From a virus (Duplodnaviria > Caudoviricetes), in IMG/VR virus record IMGVR_UViG_3300044667_000092, positions 1-40,691 of that record: DNA of 40,691 bases. The stretch is one strand, 5' to 3'. The position numbers and the translations under genes are program-made. The notes under the pieces are model-generated. The model was not told the DNA's origin. It saw only the letters and a program-made list of their open reading frames with translations, and ran no database searches. This document shows positions 35,237 to 40,691 of the stretch, in pieces (the first letter of the stretch is position 1; each line of letters starts with the position of its first letter).

Positions 35237-35514
35237 ACGACCCCTACGGCACCATGCCGATGTTCGAGGAGGTTCCCGAGCAGCCGGTCGCCAAGATCCT
35301 CACCGACACCTCCGGCGGCTACGGCCCGGTCCGCTACACCAAGTACCGGCCGACCAAGCCCCGCAAGTGCGACGACTGCCTGGCCGCGCTCGGCAAGGAC
35401 CCGACGTCCCCGGCCTCGCGCACGGCCGCCTTCAAGCGCACCCAGGAGGGCACCGAGCCGCTGCTGCTGTGCTACCCGCACAAGGAGCTGCGCCGGGAGC
35501 GTGAGGCCCAGTGA
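35233..35514 (+). CDS. hypothetical Zn-finger protein
   Basis: AGGAG RBS; CDDC...LCYPH. Confidence 0.6.
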   Translation: MNDPYGTMPMFEEVPEQPVAKILTDTSGGYGPVRYTKYRPTKPRKCDDCLAALGKDPTSPASRTAAFKRTQEGTEPLLLCYPHKELRREREAQ

Positions 35515-35933
35515 GCACCCCTCAGCGCCCGCCCGCCTCGACTTCCCCGGAGGCGGGCGGGCGGTCCTGGACCGTGGAGCTTCCCGCGGGCCTGACCCTG
35601 CTCAACGCCAACCACCGCATGCACTGGACGCGCAAGGCGGTGCTCACCCGCACGATCCGCGCGGCGAGCTTCGCCTGCGTCAAGGGCGCCAAGGTCCCGA
35701 AGCTCAGGCGTGCGCAGATCGTCGTGGAGTACCGGCCGCGCGACCGCAGGCGCCGCGACGTGCACAACCTCTACCCCAGCGCCAAGGCCGCGATCGACGG
35801 CCTCGTGGACGCCGGCGTGCTGCCCGACGACTCCGACCGCTACCTGGTCGGGCCCGACATGCGCGCGGGCGGGGTGGCGCCGCTGGAGCGCCTCGTCCTG
35901 CACATCATCGAACTGGAGGTGTCCGGTGTCTGA
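35511..35933 (+). CDS. RusA-like Holliday junction resolvase
   Basis: RRRDVHNLYPSAKAAIDGLVDAGVLPDDS matches the RusA D-x-x-N...K...D...DD pattern. Confidence 0.85.
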   Translation: MSTPQRPPASTSPEAGGRSWTVELPAGLTLLNANHRMHWTRKAVLTRTIRAASFACVKGAKVPKLRRAQIVVEYRPRDRRRRDVHNLYPSAKAAIDGLVDAGVLPDDSDRYLVGPDMRAGGVAPLERLVLHIIELEVSGV

Positions 35934-36309
35934 GACCGCCGCTGACACGGCCGCGCACTACGTGAAGGGCTCCGGTGTGGTCGACAAGACCGCCGAGGCC
36001 ACGGCCACGCACGTCCTGGACGGCGCGTTCGCCGGCCTGAACCCGGACGCGGTCGCTCGCGCCGCCCGGTTCGCCGCACGCGAGCAGCCCGACCTCGCCG
36101 GCGTGCTCGGACTGGAGGTGCCGCCCCGGCCGCAGCAGGTCATCGCCGCATTCGGCTGCGACGTGCTCGCCGACCTGCTGCGGGTCATCGGCAACGAGGG
36201 CGACGCCGCCGCCCGCGAGGAGGTCGCCGCGATGGCGCCCGTCGAGCGGGAGGCCGCGCGGGCGGAGCTGGCCCGCAGGATCGCCGAGCGGCCCAAGGAG
36301 CGGCGGTGA
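35926..36309 (+). CDS. hypothetical protein
   Basis: GGAGG RBS before GTG 35926; coupled to the next gene. Confidence 0.55.
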   Translation: MSETAADTAAHYVKGSGVVDKTAEATATHVLDGAFAGLNPDAVARAARFAAREQPDLAGVLGLEVPPRPQQVIAAFGCDVLADLLRVIGNEGDAAAREEVAAMAPVEREAARAELARRIAERPKERR

Positions 36310-36602
36310 GCGACGAGCTGGCCGAGAGGGTCCGGGCGCTGGAGGCCGAGCGCGCCCGCCCGGACCGGCCCGGGCAGACGACGCAGGAGCTGCTCGCCCG
36401 GCTGGTCGCGACGCTGGCCAAGGTGTTCACGACGCCGCCGGACGACGACCCGCTCCGAAGCGTGGAAGGGCGCGTGGCGGCTTATGGGCGGCTGCGCGAG
36501 CACGGACTGAGTCGGGCCACGGCCGCCATGCACGTGGGCGTGAGCAAGGAAACGGCCCGCCGCTATGAGAACCGTCTTGCATCCCGCCGGGAGGATGCCT
36601 GA
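36306..36602 (+). CDS. hypothetical protein with C-terminal HTH
   Basis: LREHGLSRATAAMHVGVSKETARRYE. Confidence 0.65.
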   Translation: MSDELAERVRALEAERARPDRPGQTTQELLARLVATLAKVFTTPPDDDPLRSVEGRVAAYGRLREHGLSRATAAMHVGVSKETARRYENRLASRREDA

Positions 36603-36754
36603 TCCACCGGGCCCCAACTTTCTGTTATCCACAAGAGTGGAAGGCGGTGACCAGCAAGGATGCCGGAAAAGATCTTCACTATCCACAGGGTCCGCACCCT
36701 GTATCCACCGTCTGGGGACTGCCACAGAACCCGTTATCCACAGGATCGTCCACA
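36600..36754 (+). promoter_or_regulatory. cluster of co-oriented DnaA boxes
   Basis: Perfect TTATCCACA at 36625 and 36734. CTATCCACA 36679 and TCGTCCACA 36746 (1 mismatch); GTATCCACC 36701 and TGATCCACC 36600 (2 mismatches). Confidence 0.75.
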
Positions 36755-36829
36755 GGCCATGTTGCGGGCCGCCACCGCCATTCAGCACGCTGGAAATCGC
36801 ACCCCTTCCGCCCTCGAAAACGGGATCAG

Positions 36830-37720
36830 GTGAACGTGAAAATCGTCCGCGTACCGGCGCCTTCGGGGTTCACTCAGGTGCCGAATGCCTCGCTGCGGGA
36901 TGAGCGGCTCTCGTACAAGGCGCGCGGCATTCACGCGAACCTGCTGAGCAATTCCGATAACGGCTGGGTGGAGACGGCCGAGACGCTCGCGGCCAAGAGC
37001 CCGGACGGCCGGCACGCGGTGCGGACGGGCCTGCAAGAGCTAAGTCGGTACGGCTACATCGCCTACCGCAAGACGCAGGGGCCGGACGGGAAGTGGTCCA
37101 CGGTGATGATCGTCTACACGTCACCGGAGTCAGAAAACCTGCTTCCGGCCCCACCTGCGCAGACACCACTGAACCCGCAGGTCACACCGAAGTCAGAAAA
37201 CCTGACCTCGGACCGGGGTCAGAAAACCCGCTCCCGGTCCGAACAGGGGAAACGCGAGTCTTCGCAGGTCGCACCGGAAGCAGGTTTTCCGACGTCGGAA
37301 AACCTGACCCTTACTAGAAGACCATCACCGAAGACCAAGACAGAAGACCATGGGGGGACTGCGCCTAGGCGCCAACCCGCCGCCGCTCCCCCGGCTGAGC
37401 CTCGACGGCCTGACGGCCTCACCGAGATCCCCGGCGACTTCCGCCCCACCGACTCGATGCGCCGCTGGGCCGTCGGCACCTACGGCGCGGCGATCGACGT
37501 CGAATACGAGACCGCGCAATTCATTTCGCATTACCGGTCCACCGGCGCCCGCCGGAAGTCATGGCCCGACGCCTGGCAGAAATGGGTCCGCGAATCCGCC
37601 GAACGCCGTCGGTCGCGGCCCGGCGCCACCGTCGTCCCGATCGACCGCCGCCAGCAGGCCACCAACGACCTGTTCGAACGCGCCATGCAGCGCGCCATCG
37701 CACGAGAGGAACAGCAATGA
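36830..37720 (+). CDS. phage replication initiator (N-terminal winged HTH, lambda O-like organisation)
   Basis: FTQVPNASLRDERLSYKARGI...VRTGLQELSRYGYI; central iteron-coded linker; C-terminal FISHY...WPDAWQKWVR. Start uncertain (36830 or 36836). Confidence 0.82.
   Translation: MNVKIVRVPAPSGFTQVPNASLRDERLSYKARGIHANLLSNSDNGWVETAETLAAKSPDGRHAVRTGLQELSRYGYIAYRKTQGPDGKWSTVMIVYTSPESENLLPAPPAQTPLNPQVTPKSENLTSDRGQKTRSRSEQGKRESSQVAPEAGFPTSENLTLTRRPSPKTKTEDHGGTAPRRQPAAAPPAEPRRPDGLTEIPGDFRPTDSMRRWAVGTYGAAIDVEYETAQFISHYRSTGARRKSWPDAWQKWVRESAERRRSRPGATVVPIDRRQQATNDLFERAMQRAIAREEQQ
37129..37306. repeat. iterons / replication origin within initiator gene
   Basis: GTC(A/G)GAAAACC(T/C)G at 37129, 37192, 37218, 37294 and inverted at 37281, giving a 26-bp palindrome at 37281-37306. 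CGCAGGTC(A/G)CACCG at 37176 and 37263. Confidence 0.8.
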
Positions 37721-38142
37721 CCCCCCGGGAGATGGTCATCCTCACCCGCTACGTCAAGGCGTGCTGCCCCCAGCAGCAGATCGACGACTACACGCCCGAC
37801 GCCTGGCACGACGTCATCGGCGACCTGCCTCTCGCCGACTGCCGCGAGGCCGTGAAGACCGTCGTCGACCGGCAGCCGTTCGTCGCCCCCGCCGAGATCC
37901 GCGCCGAGGTCCGCCGGATCCGCGCCGCCCGCCTGCACGACTTCCAGTACGTGCCGGTTCCCGGCGACGACGACCCCCGCGTGTACCTGGAGGCGCTACG
38001 CGTCCAGCGGGAGGCGGTCGCGTCCGGGCTCCGCGAGCCCGCGCCCGCGCTCCCCGCCGGCACCAGCGACCGCGGGCCCGAGTTGCGGCGGCTGATGGCC
38101 CGCGCGTTCAAGCGCCCGCCGCGCGCCAAGGAGGGCACGTGA
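37717..38142 (+). CDS. replicative helicase loader/inhibitor-like protein
   Basis: DAWHDVIGDLPLADCREAV...FVAPAEIRAEVRRIR pattern directly after the initiator. Confidence 0.65.
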   Translation: MTPREMVILTRYVKACCPQQQIDDYTPDAWHDVIGDLPLADCREAVKTVVDRQPFVAPAEIRAEVRRIRAARLHDFQYVPVPGDDDPRVYLEALRVQREAVASGLREPAPALPAGTSDRGPELRRLMARAFKRPPRAKEGT

Positions 38143-38414
38143 CCGCCGCCGGCGACGGGCGCGACCCGGAGCTGCAGGCCGCCGTGGACAACGAGACCCG
38201 CATCCTCGCCGCCGCCCTCGCCGCGATCGCCGCCCTCCAGGACCCCGACGCGTGGGCGCGCGCGCACATCGAGGGGATGTACGGGCGCGGCTGGCGGCCC
38301 TGGCCCCGCTCCGACCGCATCCCGCCGCGCGGCGAAGGCGACCCGGCCGTCACCAAGCGCGGCGCGGCGGCCGTCCGCAAGGCACTCAACCTCGACCCGA
38401 AGGAGACCCGATGA
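38139..38414 (+). CDS. hypothetical protein
   Basis: AAGGAGG RBS; coupled at both ends. Confidence 0.55.
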   Translation: MTAAGDGRDPELQAAVDNETRILAAALAAIAALQDPDAWARAHIEGMYGRGWRPWPRSDRIPPRGEGDPAVTKRGAAAVRKALNLDPKETR

Positions 38415-38542
38415 CCACCCTGACCCGCGCCCTCGCCCGGCTGCTCCGCATGGCCGACTGGGACTGCGACCTGTGCGGCGGCACCGGCTGGATCAACGGC
38501 CGCCGCTGCACCGGCATCGCGCACGAGATGCGGGCGCGCTGA
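38411..38542 (+). CDS. small protein with CxxCxGxG motif
   Basis: AAGGAG RBS; MTTLTRALARLLRMADWDCDLCGGTGWINGRRCTGIAHEMRAR. Confidence 0.55.
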   Translation: MTTLTRALARLLRMADWDCDLCGGTGWINGRRCTGIAHEMRAR

Positions 38543-38597
38543 TGGCCGCCGACACGCCAGATGCGCCTAGCGCGCCCCGTACGCCACGGAGGCGGCC

Positions 38598-38918
38598 GTG
38601 ACCGAGACGACCCCACCCGGAGTAGGGGCGGACGGCGCCGAGCCGCCACAGGGCGACACAGCGCCGCGCGAACCCAGCGAACAACTCCTCGAATCCGACT
38701 GCGAGCTGACCAGCTACCGCGAACTCGCCACGGTGCTGGAGAGCCTGCCCCTGCTGCTGAGGGAGGCTCGGAGATGGCGCCGCCTCTCGCAGCGCGCCAT
38801 AGCCCCGGAGATCGGCATCTCCTACGCCACCGTGTCCCGCATCGAAGCAGGCGGCGACTGCACGCTGCCCAACGCCATCGCTGTCCTGCGCTGGCTCGAC
38901 CGGCCGGAGGGGACGTGA
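38598..38918 (+). CDS. XRE-family HTH protein
   Basis: LLREARRWRRLSQRAIAPEIGISYATVSRIEAG; GGAGG RBS. Confidence 0.82.
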   Translation: MTETTPPGVGADGAEPPQGDTAPREPSEQLLESDCELTSYRELATVLESLPLLLREARRWRRLSQRAIAPEIGISYATVSRIEAGGDCTLPNAIAVLRWLDRPEGT

Positions 38919-38964
38919 GCGACCTGTACGCCGCCCTCGCCCGCCCCACCCCCAAGGAGCCCCG

Positions 38965-39180
38965 ATGAACTGGCGCAAGTCCACACGCTGCGCGGGCAAC
39001 GGCGCCTGCATCGAGATCGCCTGGCGGACCGCGTGCCGTCACGAATTCGACTGCGTCGAGGTCGGGCACCACCCCGCCGCCGTCCTCGTCCGCGACTCCA
39101 CCGACCCCGACGGGCCCCGCCTCACCCTCACCCGGCAGGCGTTCGGGCGGCTGCTCACCACCATCAAGGAGAAGCGGTGA
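38965..39180 (+). CDS. DUF397-family protein
   Basis: WRKSTRC...ACIEIA, a second W...CVEVG, then VLVRDSTDPDGPRL...F..LL..IK; AAGGAG RBS. Confidence 0.9.
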   Translation: MNWRKSTRCAGNGACIEIAWRTACRHEFDCVEVGHHPAAVLVRDSTDPDGPRLTLTRQAFGRLLTTIKEKR

Positions 39181-39371
39181 CCCATCTGGTGATCGCCATC
39201 ATCGCCCTGCTCGCCGCAGGTGGCGGGCTCGTCCTGACGGTCCGCTGGACGAGGCAGACCAAGCGCCTGTACGAGCAGGCCGCCCGCGACTACCAGCGCG
39301 CCGCCGCCTACTCCCGGCAGGCCGCCGAGATCCGCGCCCAGCACCAGCCCATCAAGCCGAAGGAGTCCTGA
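39177..39371 (+). CDS. small membrane-anchored protein
   Basis: N-terminal TM followed by a coiled segment; GTGA coupling. Confidence 0.6.
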   Translation: MTHLVIAIIALLAAGGGLVLTVRWTRQTKRLYEQAARDYQRAAAYSRQAAEIRAQHQPIKPKES

Positions 39372-39372
39372 C

Positions 39373-39855
39373 ATGGGGCAGTCCACCAACGCCGTTCTCG
39401 TCTACGGCTACAACCTCGGCGGCGGCGAGATCGAATGGCTCGTCGAGGAGGCCAATGGCGAGTTCGGCGAACTCCACCTCGACTGGTTCAACGAGGACGA
39501 CGAGCCCGGCGAGAACGACTTCATCGAGGCAGCCGAGAACCGGCTCCGCGCGTCCGTCGGGTTCACCGAGACCGACTGGTCCGTGGACGGCTTCTACGAG
39601 CGGCGGCGCGAAGCCGACAAGCGGGTCGGCGTCGAGTTCGAGTCGTACTGCTCGGGCGACTACCCGATCTACACGCTCGCCGCGCATGTGATCACCGTCC
39701 ACCGGGGCGATTGCGAACAGCTCAACCTCGACGAACTCGCCCGGCTGCCGCGCGAGAACGGGTGGGACGACAAGCTCGCCGCCGCACTGCAGACCCTCGG
39801 ACTGACCCCGAAGCAGGCCGAGCCCGCGTGGCTCCTCGTCTCGTACTGGGGCTGA
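39373..39855 (+). CDS. acidic hypothetical protein
   Basis: AAGGAG RBS; MGQSTNAVLVYGY...WLLVSYWG; strong codon bias. Confidence 0.7.
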   Translation: MGQSTNAVLVYGYNLGGGEIEWLVEEANGEFGELHLDWFNEDDEPGENDFIEAAENRLRASVGFTETDWSVDGFYERRREADKRVGVEFESYCSGDYPIYTLAAHVITVHRGDCEQLNLDELARLPRENGWDDKLAAALQTLGLTPKQAEPAWLLVSYWG

Positions 39856-39858
39856 CCG

Positions 39859-40653
39859 TTGAGCAACCTGTGCGTGCTGCCGCACGACGAGGACGCCGAG
39901 GCGCTGCCCGCGCTCCGACTCTGCCGCGCCCACCGCCGCCGCCTCGAACACGACCTCGCGGACCTGCCGCGCCTGCACGCCGAACTCGGCGACGCGCTCA
40001 CCCCCGGCAACACCACGACCGGATCGGGCCGCGTCACCGGCACCGCCACGGCCCGGCTGCCCATCAACCCCGCCGTCGCCGACCACCGCGACCAGATCCG
40101 CCACGACCTCGTCTGGTGGTGCCTGTTCGTCGCGGACAAGCGCGGCCTCGGGCTGCCCGCCGACCGGGTGCCCGACATCGCCGCATGGCTCGGCCGGCAC
40201 GTCGAATGGATCGCCGGGCACCACGTCGCAGCCGTCGAATGCCCGCCCGTGATGGCCGCCCTCGTCGGCCGGGCGCGCGCCCTGCTCGACCCGACCCGCA
40301 AGCTGCCGACCGGGGAACGCTGCCGGATGGCCCCGGACGGCGCTGAACGCTGCGACGGGCTCATCACGATGATCCAGGCGCCCGACGAGACGTGGAGCGC
40401 ACGATGCAGCGTCTGCGGGCCACAGGAAGCCGCGCCGTACCTGCACGACCGGGCGGCCGGACGGTGGGTCACCATCGAGCGGGTCCGCGCCTACGCCCTC
40501 CGCGCGCACGGGGTCCGCGCGGAACGGGCCACCATCCGGTCATGGGCGGCGCGGCAGCGCGTCATCACGACCACCACCGACGGGGTCACCTGGTACGACC
40601 TCGGCAGTGTGCAGCGGTACCTGAGCGAACGGGCGCCGCAGCAGGCATCATGA
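39859..40653 (+). CDS. Zn-ribbon plus C-terminal HTH protein (possible late-gene regulator)
   Basis: C...LCRAH, C...CDG...CSVC and TIRSWAARQRV...WYDLGSV; last gene of the right arm. Confidence 0.6.
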   Translation: MSNLCVLPHDEDAEALPALRLCRAHRRRLEHDLADLPRLHAELGDALTPGNTTTGSGRVTGTATARLPINPAVADHRDQIRHDLVWWCLFVADKRGLGLPADRVPDIAAWLGRHVEWIAGHHVAAVECPPVMAALVGRARALLDPTRKLPTGERCRMAPDGAERCDGLITMIQAPDETWSARCSVCGPQEAAPYLHDRAAGRWVTIERVRAYALRAHGVRAERATIRSWAARQRVITTTTDGVTWYDLGSVQRYLSERAPQQAS

Positions 40654-40691
40654 AGCAAGCGCCCCCGCGAGCGGGTCAGGCTCCGGGGGCT

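Larger units (their letters stand above)
1..40691. mobile_element. temperate siphovirus genome (actinobacterial host)
   Basis: Complete packaging, head, tail, lysis, integration, immunity and replication modules in canonical order; no host housekeeping genes. Confidence 0.95.

Noticed and set aside
36647-36829. N-terminal 61 codons of the initiator ORF in the track
   Set aside because: Atypical codon usage and coincides with the DnaA-box array; more likely non-coding, with the start at 36830 or 36836.

Overview
A very GC-rich sequence that reads as an essentially complete temperate actinobacterial siphovirus genome in excised/virion order; an intact attP-like site lies in the middle. The host is probably a filamentous actinomycete, inferred from the TraB, DUF2637, GntR and DUF397 genes. 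Left arm (+ strand, 47-19735): terminase small and large subunits, portal, MuF/maturation protein, scaffold, capsid, head-tail connectors, major tail, frameshifted tail chaperones, tape measure with a C-terminal NlpC/P60 domain, minor tail genes ending in a PhoD-like phosphatase, and the lysis cassette. Centre (mostly - strand, 19.9-27.2 kb): an accessory module resembling the transfer region of actinomycete conjugative elements (FtsK/TraB translocase, DUF2637/SpdA-like membrane protein, small genes, divergent GntR regulator, and a repeat cluster just downstream of traB that could be a clt site). It is followed by a DUF4352 lipoprotein, attP, a tyrosine integrase and the immunity repressor. 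Right arm (+ strand, 27312-40653): Cro, a hidden overprinted zinc-finger mini-gene, antirepressor, two Xis-like proteins, YqaJ/RecT, a VUT-type transporter plus TGT/DpdA-like gene pair, RusA, a DnaA-box cluster ahead of an iteron-containing replication initiator, an XRE plus DUF397 pair and a terminal Zn/HTH protein. The strongest candidate for a new system is a phage carrying its own TraB/clt hyphal-conjugation module. All family calls come from motif recognition and synteny by eye; no database search was run.
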